A stretch of 64,000 nucleotides of DNA, taken from the NCBI GenBank assembly GCA_040954595.2, contig CM082597.2, forward strand, positions 1,996,422 through 2,060,421, given 5' to 3'. Below the pieces are notes generated by a model. It saw only the letters and a list, made by a program, of their open reading frames with translations, was not told where the DNA came from and did no database searches. The position numbers and the translations under genes are program-made. Positions 26,670-40,649 of this stretch are shown here, piece by piece. The DNA is from Balanoglossus misakiensis. Lineage: Eukaryota > Animalia > Hemichordata. Every line of letters starts with the position of its first letter. The stretch's first letter is position 1.

Positions 26670-27981
26670 TTTGATGGCCGGATCTGGTAAACTCTGTCAC
26701 TCTGGCGAACAAGGTAGCTGATATATGTATATATGGCGGCGGGGAGCAAGCACAGTCGTTTGTTGTTAGTGATAGTAGATCATGAGTCAAAGGTCGCGAT
26801 GAGCTATTCAGTGAACGTATGCAAAATATGAGAAAGGGGTAAGACTTTGATTTTCGAGGCGCATGCCTGTAGTCTACCTTAAGAATATACATATGACATA
26901 ATGGCGATTCGAATTGAAGTGTCGGTGAAATTACTGCGCACAGTAACCGAAATACAGACCCCCCCCTCCCCCATTAACGAGATTGCCGTTATCAGGCGCC
27001 ATCCACGACGACTAACTGTCTTTCATACGTGTCATTCGTGCGCTATTACTGATGAGTGTGTGGATGATGTCGCAATACCTGGTGTAATAATTAGCTTAGT
27101 TATCACCACTCTGTCTCAACGAAGAAAATGTATCATTTTGCACGTAATATTTTGAACCCAGTGCCTCTTAAGACTGATGATAAATGTGGTTGTTTTTTAG
27201 TTATCGGTTTTCGCTTTAACAAAACTACCAATAGTTAAACTATTATGTCATAAGTTACGTGCTTGAATGTATGCGTCTTACAATTATAAAAGATTCATCG
27301 CTCGAGAATGTTTTTAGGTTAACCCGATGGTTATGTAGTCTACTTTTTGTGGGTCTGGGCGGCCTCATCGTGGAAACTTAACAGTCAAAATTGCTATAAA
27401 GTCCAAACAATCAGCGACAAAAGGGTCACATTTATAATGTGAACGAATGGAAGTATAAGATAAAATTAACAACATATTCTGGTCATTCTATCTATGTTCC
27501 TCTATTTTCAATGAGAGGAACATATCAGAAAACAAGCAAAAACTTCTGTCTGGGATTCTCAAAACACAGTATGTTGTTTACGCAACTTCTATGCTATTAC
27601 CACACAAACAAACAGGAACAATGTTCTGCCAATTTTACAAAGAAAGAGGATCCTGAAATTGTGTCCTTCCCCGTATCTATATCACCGGTTCCCTTCTGCA
27701 TACCATCTGTAATAACCTTACATTTTGGCAGAGCCAAAACTGTCAAATTACAAAGCCTACATGTTCCTTCCGTACATGTCAGGGTTTACCTCAAGTTTCT
27801 TTATGTTCTCGTTTTATGCAAAAACCAAATACGGAGAGCTTGTGTTGTGTTTCCAAGGTGACGCTCTTAGCCACAGTGACCATGCGCGGTCTTGTATTAA
27901 ATCATTTCAAAACTTGATACCGAGCGGAGAGGACGCGTTGAGTATACACGCTCTTTGAACCAATTTCTCTGTCGGCAAAAG

Positions 27982-28475
27982 ATGAAGTCCATACTCTTTG
28001 TTTCTCTTTTGTTCGTGATGCTGCAACATGGTAAGTTTTTTTCCCGCGATGAAATGTACTTTTATTAGAGTTAAGAAAGTTTGTGTGAAAAATAATTTCC
28101 TAAGTGAGAATTACAATGTTTCATAATTGAATCATGGAGATAATTTTGTGACCAGACATATCAAATGTGTGCATTTCTACAAGAATGTTTGTGTTTGTTT
28201 GCCTTTGTTAAAAAAAAACTACAGCAACATCGTTGAAGTGCTATGTCTGCACTGAGCAGTACGAAGGCCAGAGTGGTGAGCCATATTACACGGCAAATGA
28301 CAACTCCCAGTGTCTGGAGGAATATACCTGCGACGACAATGTCTTAGAAGCAGGGGCGTCATTTGACACCTGTCAGACTATAACAAAGTATAATGGTAAG
28401 CTAATTGTTCTTCTACAGAATTTTCCTATAAAAACGACTGTGGGTATGTATGTGCGTGTTCGTGCGTGCACCAAT

Positions 28476-28568
<93 letters not shown>

Positions 28569-28569
28569 G

Positions 28570-28660
<91 letters not shown>

Positions 28661-29033
28661 AGTCTGTCGTTGGCTTTTTATCTACATCGCTATAATTTGG
28701 ACTTGAGCTTCACTCGAATAAACGAAGACGAAATCTTGCGTCGAAGACGTTACAACTCATTCATGACCGTCGTTATTTATTACAGGACACACTGGCAAAC
28801 TACAAATCGAGAAAAAATGCTACGGAAGGGCATATGAGCACGATCTCGCAGACTGTGAGTCGGAAAAGTCACTATCCGAATTGCACTACCACTGCGACAC
28901 TGCGTTCCATACTTGGAAGTGTGTTGAGTGTTGCCAAGGAGATTTATGTAATGGGAATGGTGTTGCCATGGCCATCGCCAACGTTGTTACCATCACAGTC
29001 GGCACTGTGCTGGCGCTGTACTCGGTCAAGTAG
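27982..29033 (+). CDS. Ly6/uPAR three-finger protein B (155 aa; signal peptide, 12-Cys LU domain, GPI-type hydrophobic tail), paralog of A
   Basis: Exons 27982-28030 ([16 protein letters not shown], gtaagt), 28225-28395 ([12 protein letters not shown]...ANDNSQC...), 28786-29033 ([12 protein letters not shown]...[37 protein letters not shown]). Same exon phases and Cys spacing as gene A. Confidence 0.92.
28477..28660. repeat. (TATC)n microsatellite in intron 2 of Ly6 gene B
   Basis: About 45 units directly visible. Confidence 0.95.
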
Positions 29034-31652
29034 ATTTCAGCTTGAGAATGATATTGCGCTTCAATTAGTATAATTAACAACTTCTGCATTTAGATCAGTA
29101 ATTTTAAGTTCAACTCTGTAGATGATAGCTAGGTATCATAATGGTGTGTCTATGTTTCCCAGCATTTCTTGTGATGTATGTTGCAAAATTTCAGGTTGCT
29201 TCAAAATAATATTTTGACCGAAAAAAAGAAAATCACACGTTTGCTCTTTCAAGACCACAGTACAGCTTTCTTGGTGATGAATATCGATTTTTCAATGTTT
29301 TCCGAAAGAATATACATTATAGCAAATTTATGTTCTTTATATTCCTTATACCAGGAGTGTTTTCAAAAGTTTGTATTTGATATGCAAATTTACAGCATGC
29401 ATATTGATCAGAAACTGCAAAATGTATTCTACTACAGTTCATACCATGTGCGAGCAAGGTTGCCAAGATCAATGCAGATAAAATCGCATTCAACTTTAAA
29501 CATCTTTTTGTGTTGAATTTTCTCCAAGATGATTATAGATACTGCCCCGTTCTGTGCCAATCTTTATGTACCTGTTAGTGAGTTGACCCGCGGACAGCTG
29601 CAAAGAGTCCGCAAAATCCACGATTCCGACAGTTCATAGATAACGTGTTGTTTAAATGATGGCTATGTGGTCGAAATATCCCACCTCCATATTTACCAAG
29701 AACGCCTCGTTTCAAAACAGAAAGACAAACAGACGGGCAAACATATAACACACCCCAGCACATGTAGGCCGACGCGTGGGACAACGAGTGTCCTTTGATA
29801 ACTTCACAACGTGCAAGTCACGCCCACCAACATCTTATCCCCTCTTCCACTTCAAAACAGTGCCTAGACACCTAATTTAGCTCGTTAACTGGGATCATGG
29901 TGGAATGCTTATTGTGATTGATAATCCATGATAGGCAAACAAAAGATTTGGACATCTAGATGTACACTGGATTCAAATCCACTCCCAACACAGTCTCGCT
30001 CCCAGACCCATTCGCTTCGCTAGTGAGCCACCATCGAGTTCAGAAATGTCAATCCCGGCCGAAAGGTACGCCCTCTATTATTTTTGCGAGAGTCAGGAAA
30101 AGACATGATGCGGTGAACGAAACTGAATTTTGTAAACCCGGCCGGTAGAGGGCCGCAGTGTAAGTGAACTGGTGCAAATACAACTGTATATTTTTCCATG
30201 CAGAGTGAACAAGACTTCACAGTTTCCATGTCATTTGATCGTCCCTCTGTCTGCCTGCCTACCTGCAAGGTTACAATTTTCCTACCGAACACCGCAAATC
30301 AGTAGTAAAGCTTATATGTATACCTGATAGAAAGAGTTAACTTAGCTGTGCATCTAGTACCAGTTTTCTTCAAAAACAATAAAGCAGGGGACCATATTCT
30401 TATTTTTTTTATTTTGAATTTCTATCTCTTGTTGAGAAATATCAAAATAATAAGCACCATTTAAATTTTTGCAATTGCAAAGCCCGCCGCAATTCCTTTA
30501 CAAAAATGATCTAAAACTGTTGCTTCGATATACCACACAATTATTAAGTTCTTGGGTTTATATTCAGAATATTTTGAGCACGTATTAGTATTGTGGAGAA
30601 TTAATAAACTTTTCGCATAAATGATATTTTTCGTTTCAAGCGACGCGATCTTCATCGCGCACACTGCGGCGCTGGTATTGAAAGCACGCGCAGTGCGTCT
30701 ATTCACGGACAGAATCTTGCGGCGGGCTCGTTCAGGGAGGGTACGGCTGATCACGGCGATGAATTTAAAGGTAGTTACCGCTGGAGATGTGTTTTTCTTG
30801 AAAACACAAATGCCTGGAATTCAACAAAGGATACCACATGTTGAGTCCAAATTGAAAAATTAATAAATATTATGTATATTATGCTACGCTTGATAGCAAG
30901 GGGAATATTGAATAAACTTTATAATAGGGGATGGAACCACACGCTGTTTAAATGGGTTACTTTTAAGCGCGGCTTTATTGATCTACTTAGGCGCGCGCTA
31001 GGAAGCTCTCCTATACAGCTATCAATATTCAATTAGGGCCTGGTCAGTTTTCATTCCGGGGGGGGGGGGGTAGATGTAGAATACTATTCCTAAGAAAAAA
31101 TGCGTTGTTTCTTATATGTATCTGCACATATGTCCACCTCAAAAATATGCCTGCTTCTTTTTTTATTTTCTTTGAATATTTCAGTACACGACGTGCTGTT
31201 ATCTGAGATTACATTAGTGTATAGATCTGCCACTTCGCTTTCCGACGCCCACTCTGCGCGCTTTTGATAGCTCCCTTCCTGTTAAAATCTCCCCATTAAA
31301 AACAATTTTATTGTAATGACTAAATTAGGGTATTCCGTCACAAATAAGCGCCTCAATGGAAAGCTCTCTGCGGTTGTCTGGAACTGCGCGTCACGCTCTT
31401 CGTTTTAGGTGAGATCGTGACGTCATCACAATTATGTAGACAATATTATATCATGTAAGGCGCGTGTTTTATCCCTATTTTCTTCTGAAGGTTTATTTGA
31501 AAAGCATTCGAATGGAATAGAATGCCACCAGCCGTGGTCTAATATAACATGGACAGTTTGAATTATACCGTACTCAATAAATATCTAGACAGAGCGATGG
31601 AATAGTATAGTTAATTAAACATTAAATTAAATTTTACCTTGACTAATTAAAA

Positions 31653-31798
31653 ACATACATACATACATACATACATACATACATACATACATACATACAT
31701 ACATACATACATACATACATACATACATACATACATCCATCCATCCATCCATCCATCCATCCATCCATACATACATACATACATACAGACATACATAC
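31653..31798. repeat. Compound (ACAT)n/(CCAT)n microsatellite
   Basis: Directly visible. Confidence 0.92.
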
Positions 31799-34700
31799 AC
31801 GACAGATTGCTCCGTTTTCCCACCTAACTGAAGGTCAATCAAGTTCATTTAGTCGACCATATGTTCAAATGCGCAATACTCTATCACAAAATCTGGCAAG
31901 TCAACGAATCTTGCAACAGTGTGATAAGTCGATAACGTGTCATCAATCGCGACACTCAACCATAAAAATTAGCGTTATGCAAATCAACGGATAAAACAAA
32001 AGGGAGCCATTAATGTTGATGATTATAGAGCAATTCACATTATCTTGGGGAATGCAAAGTTGGGCAAATCCCACGGCCTGTGTAGTTGCCCACAAAATGG
32101 CGTCCAGTGCATGACAAAGACGCTCATCGCACGACTAATGGCGTTAATGGCACAAATCAATACGACACCTTTCATTCCATAATTGCATGTTAAATAGTCC
32201 TCCGTAATTTCAAATTTACACCTTCAAAAGTTGTCAATCAGACAGAGAGAGAGAGAGAGACACAGACAGACAGACAGACAGACAGACACGGAAGTGGTGG
32301 TGGTGGTGGTGATGGCAAGATGAAGCAATCCCCAACCTAACTACACTGATCTCTAAAGCATTAGTCTTTGTTCCTCTTCCCTAAATTTAAACGTTTTACG
32401 GAGAGGTCCCATCATCAATATTTTTGTTTAACACAGAAAGAAAAGATGGCGCCTTGTGTTAAAATAAGGTCGAAGAACCGGGGATAAAATAGAGCCATAT
32501 TTAATAGCTTTTCTATTGCATTATAAAGAGTTAAAATAACAGAAGTTAACACAAAGGTCTGATCGCAGGGAAAATGCTGCGATAAAGTAAAGGTCCCCGA
32601 CGCGCATTGTAAACCAGGGTTTTCCAGCCCCCTTTTTATCGGATTGACTGAAAGGGTGGAATTCTCTAGGTTTTCTCGCAGAAGGGCGGTGCGCGCTCGA
32701 CTCGCAAACACAACACACAATATGACGGCGCGGCGCTCTGCCATCGACCGGCGCGGCGTGTCTTTTGTGCCGAAACGTGTCCGGCGAAGACTCGCATGTT
32801 TTCAGACCATCTTGCGATTTTCAACGTCATGTTGTGTTTTCGCGTTCGTTTTTTTATTGGAGTGCTGAATGAAACCGACACCACATCTGTTGCGATTTAA
32901 TCGCGATTTACACGCGTTCATTTCGCGTCTAAAAGTTTTTTTTTTTGTAAAAAAAGTACCTTCCCCTTTTTGCACGCCTCTCTTCTCCACTAGCCACCAG
33001 CATACTGCTGCCACGAACGAAAATAGCCACGTTCGTCTCTCTTCCTTCAACCTGGGTGTTCTAAGCGCCATCGCAACCGACCCTGGCACCCCACCCCGCC
33101 CCCCAGGGGAGATAATAACCAGTTTATGAATTTTTTGTTGATATGCTGTTTTCGAAAATCTCGAAGAAAAATACATATTGCGACTGATTTCCAGCAAAGG
33201 TCCGTTGTAACAAAACCGCGACATTTTTATTCGATCCTTTACGAAGAAAAAAAGCACGACGCAAACAGAGCATTTACTTCGCCATTTGAAATAAGTTTTT
33301 TTTTTTGGTCTCTCATTCACTCTGGCTTAAACACGACGTGATCCCCACAATAGAAACAAAGAAACACGCGCGCGACTCGCGACAGCGCCTTCGCCCGCTG
33401 AGCTCCGGATGAATATGCTAAGTAAATATTGCATATGGATTTGGGTGAAGAAAATGAATCTACGGAAGCTGGCCATCGGAAATATTTGCACAAAACAGGG
33501 GTAATGCCAATGCGCTAGGGAGACGATGCCAACGTTCTTTTGTCAGAGTTGGTCTACAGGCGTTTACTGGGAGTTGTTTAATGGTGGAAGATAGTTGCAT
33601 GATTGATGGTACGATCACCGTGCATGGCGAGATTTTGGTTTACGCGTCTCTGCTTGTCACACGCCTGTTTGCGTGACTGGTATTAGGAATTACGCCAATT
33701 AAAATCTAATGTAAAAAGCATTATGAGACTAGCCTCTCAATAGGCAGGCAGGTAGATATAGGCAAGCAGGCAGATAGATAGACAGACAGGCAGGCAGGCA
33801 GGCAGGCAGACATACATACACTCATATACACGCACATACAATTACATACTCTTTCAAACTCCACGCTGGCTTGCTGAGTGACTCAAATAATTCGACTTGC
33901 CGTGTCGATGTAACTCAGGCTACACACAATGACACAGTGCTCCTCCATTCATTGGTAATTGACGTGGGACTGGTAACAAATACACCTTGCTTCTTTAATA
34001 ACGTGTTCTATTTTTCTTCTAAATTGAAAGAAGCCAACGCAAAAAACACAGTCCGTCACGATCCAATAAATCCTGAAAAGAGCAAACTCAACTTAGAGCC
34101 AGTGTACACCATTATCAATCACTCCCTCATGCATTGAATACATAATATTTCAATATCTCTTTTAAAACTCATTTAATTACTGTTATTCCCGCTTTCTACT
34201 AGCTGTACTCCCCTCCGTCACTTTGTCAATATTATCATACTACGTTCTTTTATTACTTGCTCACATTTCATTTCATTCCACGAACCGTTCGTTTTTTTAT
34301 ATTAAATTTTTGCATCAAATGCGGTCTGGTTGGTCTGTTGGGCACCAAGAGAAAATAAAACATTTGGGATCGAATTAATTTCAACTGGTGTGATTGCGCT
34401 GCACAACGTCGCTGTGTTTGGTGAAGTTGGAATGTGTGTTTCGCTCTTTTTGGCATGATGATGCGCGGGGTGTTAATTAACCCAGGTGATGAGAATAGAC
34501 GTTTCTATGTCTCTTTTCCGTTTATTTATTTTATGACTTATTAAAATTGGAACCTATCTTTCCCCGTCCGAGTGTTATAGTTTTAAACGTGAGTGGTTCA
34601 AATGGGAAATCAATAAGATATTGACAACTACTACAGCAAACGCGACCATAAGAAAATGAAACAATAGAACTTGATCGCATTCTGATTTACGGGTTTTCAA

Positions 34701-36227
34701 TCTACGCCGTCAAGCATTAAAGGCACCTGTACCGAGGGTTCCGCGCGCTGATTAGCGTGGCTTGGAGCATTCAACTCGAGTTAATTAAAGTCGGAAATAT
34801 AATTTATATATCCGTTGCGCGGATCATTGTGGCGGTAATTGAGGCCGTGGTGTTGTCCGTTTTGCTTAAATGCCGAAACGACAAATGAGGGTATTGACAT
34901 CGTGGCATCACGCGTCAATTTCAAAAGGAGGGCCGATTTCGCCTCTTCGATTGTCCCCTCCCCCTTCCCCGCTGGCTGTGTTTAAACGTGAATGGTCAGC
35001 AGCCTTTGGCACGAGAGTTAAGTGCGTAAAGAGTGTGTTTTCAATAAGGGTTCAATCCTCGAGAGATGGGTAGAAAAAAGAATCCCTTCCTCTCGCTCTT
35101 TGGAAAGCCCGTGGGGCAAATTGTACGGACAATGACTCCAAATTTTAACCGTTTCTCTTGGGGATTGTAATCCAGCTTCAAGTCAATGCCGTCTCTATCT
35201 TTCATTCGATCAGTTAAGATTCATTCTTTTCGCTCTATGGGAGGAATCGAGGAACGGGGGTCCTTGTCTCTCAGCGGCCGGCTTGGAGTGCGCTCCGGCC
35301 GGTTGGTTCTGCTCCTGCCCGTCTGTGACCTTCCTCGCCTGTGTTAACTCTCTATAAATTGTACGTGTGTACCTTGTCCCCTCCCCAGACCTGCTAGAAA
35401 TATCTACTTTCGGGTGTGGCATTTTTTAGCCGGCGTCGACAATAAATGCGGGAAAAAATCGTTTAATATCAGCGCATGCATTTAAAGATCTACTTCAACG
35501 TGTTTCGCGTCTTCTCTCAATTTACACGTGACAGTCGCGCTCGAACTGTTTCTCCGTGTTCCGCTATTACCGTTAAACAAAGTCCACTTTCATCGTCGCT
35601 TCTTAAACAATTTCAGATACAGCCAGCGTTAAGTATTCTTGAGTTAATGAGCTTTGGATAATAGTGGTTAACAATATGATGGCATATGCGGCCTGGGGCT
35701 AATTTTGGCACGGTAGAAATTCAATTGTATCCCAATTAGTTGACGACCAAATGATTCGTGATTGTACGGGGAGAAAGTGTTTAAAACGGTGACATTGGTT
35801 TTAATTAGTTGTTCGTTGTGTATACATGTACTATTACTAGAAGATTTCTGTACAGAGGATTTAAATTGCGTGCAATTTGTTTGTTGTTTTGTTTTGTTTA
35901 GGTTGGTTGGTCACGCTCATGCCATCAAATCGACAGTGAATTATGTTTTTTTTTTATATTTCGATAATTTCAGCGCTGATTGATATCGACATGCTTAACT
36001 TGGCCTCGCTGTTTGTAACAGGAACTGTAACATTTCCAACTCAGTTATAAACAAACTACATGGGCTGATTAACAAGTGTGAATCCGCTTAACAGGAAAGA
36101 ACATTATCCGTTCTTCTACTTTTGAGTGTCGGTGCGTCCGTTTCTTTGTTTGCTTAACAGTGTTTTGTTCACGTCCTTCCCATTTCCCGGTTTCTCTTAT
36201 TTTCGAGCTTTTCTCAGTAGTCAGTTG

Positions 36228-36321
36228 TTCTCTCTCTCTCCCTGTCTCTCTCTCTCTTTCTCTCTGTCTGTCTGTCTGTCTGTCTCTCTCCGTCTCTGTC
36301 TCGCTCTCTCTCGGATTTCTC

Positions 36322-36365
<44 letters not shown>

Positions 36366-36369
36366 TCTC
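36228..36369. repeat. (TC)n/(TCTG)n microsatellite
   Basis: Directly visible. Confidence 0.9.
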
Positions 36370-39300
36370 AATTGTTTTAATAAGTGTACTATATGGCAGT
36401 TCGGTTAATTCGTTTTTCGACACAATTATGATACTTTAGTATTGAAAACAAAAGTTTGAAAATATGACCCTGAGAACATAAAACGTGTTTCAAGACAGAG
36501 CGATTTGGAGTGTCTATTTAACAACATTAAACCAATAAAATTATTCATTACCGCATTGAGTGACGGTTTTAAAATGAAGCGCTTTTCAAAGATATAACGG
36601 GCGCAGTTACAAAGCTATGAATATTTCAAAACGTTTTGTATTCATGCTGTCTGCCAGCAAGGCCATTTTCTCGCTTTTGTTTTCTAGCCTAACCTACTAA
36701 CTGTGTTGGCAAAAAGTACAAAAAATGGATAAAGTGCGAACTTTTTGGCAGTTTCTGTCTCAGAAGTGTAGCTTTTCTCAAATTTCGAGGCCGGAATAGT
36801 CAGAGAATTATTAGATAAATCAAAAAGTTCCGCTCGGGGAAAACAAATAGCACTTTTCCTGTTTTCGCTGTCGATTGTTAACTAATTACTAACCCAAATA
36901 TGGGACAATATAAATTCCGAATGGTTTCATATTATATTCAGGACATTTTCACATTAAACATTTCTTTCCGTGTTTAAAGTGTAAAGTAAATATGAATTCA
37001 TACATAAAACATTAAAACAAGGTATTGGGGGAAAATCGTAATGGGAACTCGTGGTCCCCATAACCGATATCTTTTGCTAAATCGCCTCATTTGGGGACGG
37101 GGGGCTTTTCTGAAACTACCCTCTCGCAGTAATGGCGTGGGGAGGGGAGGGGGCGTCAAATTGTCGAACGTCCGCACACACAGTGCCTCGTCGCCCGGCC
37201 GCTTCGTGTTGCTTTACCGCTGTTTGGTTTGTGAAACATGACAGGCGAGAATTTGATAGACATTGAATGGAATTTAAATGAGATTTTAACAAGGCACACA
37301 GCTCTCACCCATTTCACGGAAATCTAAATAAAAATGAGCGGTAATAGTCACTTAACAAATCTCATAGAGATTCCTGTTTGTGAACCATTTTATATTGAGT
37401 AAGCCCTTGGTGGCGACAATAACGAGGAATTATTGCAGTGAAAAGGCTCTGCCTCTAAGTATCCGCTTAATATTATTTTAACCGGCCCTTTATAGAGCGA
37501 CGCGCTCGCTTTCTACACAAGGAGAAAATGAGTACGACACGGACAATAGGACACGAACCGTCGCGGCCACCGTGCGACACCGGGGAACGCCGGGATGGAA
37601 CAAAAGCGACCGGCACACCGCCGGGTCGCACGGACCGCCGTAAATAGGCATCACCGATGCCTCAGTTCAGATTTTCCCCGCATTCTGCTTGTCTGTGCGC
37701 TGATGGTTAGCCTTATGAAATCGCACAAAAAATCGACAAAATTTCCAAGGAAACGAAACTGTCCTTCGCTGCGCGTGCGGACGAGATTGGATGACGCAGG
37801 ATGGATGTTCTGGTGAACTAGTGTAATTTGTCATATATCAGAAACAAACGAAGTTGACTAATAATATTTCGCCTAAACTTTCGCAGTATATCCACTAATT
37901 CAGAAAATGTTAAAAAAAAGTAAAAGTTAACCAGGCAATATGTCTTACTGACTGGCGAGTTATTGGAACAAATTTCACACGCAGGACTGACCATATTAAA
38001 TATGACTTGTAACTAATAGACGATCTCTTTTAAGCATTCGTGCGCAACAGTGATGTGTTTTTCTTTCTTTTCATTTCTTTTGTTACTTTGTAATAATGTT
38101 CATTACCATTCACAAAAAGTCAGACCTACAGCTGTTTAATTTCCCGGCTGACAGATTATGCAACATTTACAACCGTTAATTAAAAAATTATCACTCGATT
38201 ATTGTCCAACTCTGTGTTGAGTTTCGTTCACTTCTGCTCTCCTTATTTCCCAACTTGTCTGTCTGTCTGTCTATCTGTCTGTCTGTCAGCCTGCTTGTCT
38301 GCCTATCTGTGTCAGGCCGTTCGCCTGTCTGTCTGTCTGTCCGTTACACTATCCCTGTGTCTGTCCGCGACATCTTCTGTTAGCCTGCCTGCCTGCCTGC
38401 CTGCCATCATCTTAATATTTATCTTCGCAAGTTTTCTCCACCACTACCAACCCAGAATAAACGCGAACTTTAAAAAAAAGTTTTTCTTGGGTACTGGAGT
38501 TTATAATGGCGCTCTGTGGTTGCGACGGGCAGTGTCTTCATAATAGCTGCTATTCCAAGCGAACACAGCCATTAGCTTCCGGTTGAACGAGTTCACCAGC
38601 ACACTCGCAATAAAAGTTAGGTGCTATAATATTTATTCAGCAACATAATCTGTTCCATCATGGAATAATAACTGAGAAAAGCAGTTTAGTTTGCTTCATT
38701 AGATCCAATATTGGGGACTTGCAGTCTCCAGTTTTTAATTCTCCAAAATTTATTGGCGTCCTCGGGGAGGGGTTAGGTGGACGCGTGTTTATCTCGAATT
38801 TATGTGAGTTTAATTATTCCACGCAAACAGGTGGAGGGGACGACTTGGGGTAACTGCTAACCGGGCGCTATGAATAACCAAGCAGACGACTGAAAATTTC
38901 ACCCACCGATGACGGGTGAGCCCACATGGACGCGTACTGGGGCGAAAGAATGATGAGTTTGGCCGTGACTATAGCGATCGCTTTAAATCCCTTTAGTAAC
39001 ACCAAAAGGATAATTTGTATCTCTTATACGTAACGATCGCATGATACCCCTTACAAAAGAGATTGTTTCGGTCGGTTTCAGGAAGGATTTGGCAATCATG
39101 CACGGGTGCATTCAATTATCAGAGTTTCTCTATCTCATTGTAAAGTATCAGAGAAGACCTACAGGCTGAAAGACACCTCGCCGCTGAAGCAAAACAGCCG
39201 TCAAACACAAACACAACAATATATCCAGAGCATGATACAGCTCTTCTGCTCAACGATAACCAAACGACACTTTCGGACCAGAATTGACCAGAAAATTCTC

Positions 39301-39688
39301 TTCCGAGACGCACAAATGTGGCCTATTAAGAGATCGCATCTTATATACATTGAAAAGAACCCTTTTTAATTTAATTTTAATCCATCATCACCCATTGCTA
39401 CAGCTTGGTAAAATTTACTAAGTTTTTGAAAAACTCGCGAACGAGGTTGAGCTTAAAATTATTTTTGAACAAGAAAACATTAATGGAAACGAAATCATCG
39501 AATATTAATGAAAAATCGGCGCTGACCGATCGCATGATGCTATTCGCGTCACGTGACGTGGCGTATCTCCCCCCTTGTTGTAGGAGGGTTGTTAGTCCCT
39601 AACGAATTAGTGATGTTGCCGCGGTCAATTATTGGAGATTGGCGAAGTATAATTGCTCTCCGGGCATTGGTGCATCAGCGGGTCTGTC

Positions 39689-39751
39689 TATAAATAGGCG
39701 TTGCGAATAATCGAGCCCCAGTGAATACAACCGAGAGCAGAAAGTCAACAG
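39689..39751 (+). promoter_or_regulatory. Candidate core promoter and non-coding first exon of the Pax gene
   Basis: TATAAATA 39689-39696, Inr-like CCAGT ~30 nt downstream (~39718-39722), ATTGG boxes upstream (39631, 39638, 39666), strong donor CAG|gtaagg at 39751/39752; candidate acceptor at 40585/40586 ahead of the ATG. Confidence 0.6.
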
Positions 39752-40006
39752 GTAAGGTGGAAATCCACTCTTAACAAATTGCATTTAGTGCTGGTGTAGA
39801 AATCTACCGGATGAGGCAACGAGAACCGACTTTATCTTTTACAAAATAACCTACACCAAATTAATTTAAACTCTGCCTGCAGAAGCTTTTCGGATTCGGT
39901 GCGTATGAACTGCTTTGCGAAATGATTATGATTTGGCTTAATAATATATGCTCCATATTATCTTTTACAGTATTAGTCTGTCTCCTCCATCCATGGAGAG
40001 AAATGG

Positions 40007-40020
40007 GAGAGCGAGTGAGT

Positions 40021-40075
<55 letters not shown>

Positions 40076-40107
40076 GGGGGAGAGAGATAGAGAGAGAGAG
40101 AGAGAGA
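40007..40107. repeat. (GA)n microsatellite in Pax gene intron 1
   Basis: Directly visible. Confidence 0.9.
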
Positions 40108-40649
40108 CGCGCACTGAAAGACAGGCGCGAATTCTCTTCATGGGAATTGTACACAAATTTACAGGATAAAAACCTAAACTCTCCCCTGGGAAAAATCTAA
40201 AGTGTTTAAGAACAGACGTTCATAATGGAATAATGGCGATCGTGGCCGATGGGCCCATGCATGCGGCAGTTTTGTAAGCGCAGCCGCAATAATTCGTCTC
40301 ATTTAAATCGAATTTATTAAAAGAAAACTTTGCGATCAACCAACTGATCGCATTTGGTAAGTGTCTTCTGCACGTGACCTGCGACGCGTTAACTTTTGTT
40401 ATAAAAATAAATCGTCTTTTGCATAACTTCGTGAGAAGCTCAGTATAACTAATCGCGTTTTACGAATGATGGAAAAAAGTGAAAAGGGCGGTAGAAATCT
40501 GATAAAGCAACAGAGAGATCAGACATTCTGATGCGGGCATTCCACTTTTGGAATTAACGTTTTCTTCTCTCTCCGTTGAATCAAGGACCGGAAGTTTCGC
40601 TGACAACGTTACAGGAAGTCATTATCGGAAAACTCTTACCAACAACAAA

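Noticed and set aside
26841-26882. Possible transposon terminus aagactttgattttcgaggcgcat...taccttaa between the Ly6 genes
   Set aside because: Ends in TTAA and looks like a MITE end, but no matching opposite terminus found in the window; cannot support.
28233-28837. ORFs with IYLS repeats; likewise MYVC (14531-14919, 31627-31848), SL/ER (36069-36408, 39861-40156) and HSFI (6184-6516) ORFs
   Set aside because: Translations of microsatellites, not proteins; also not CRISPR-like arrays (no spacers).
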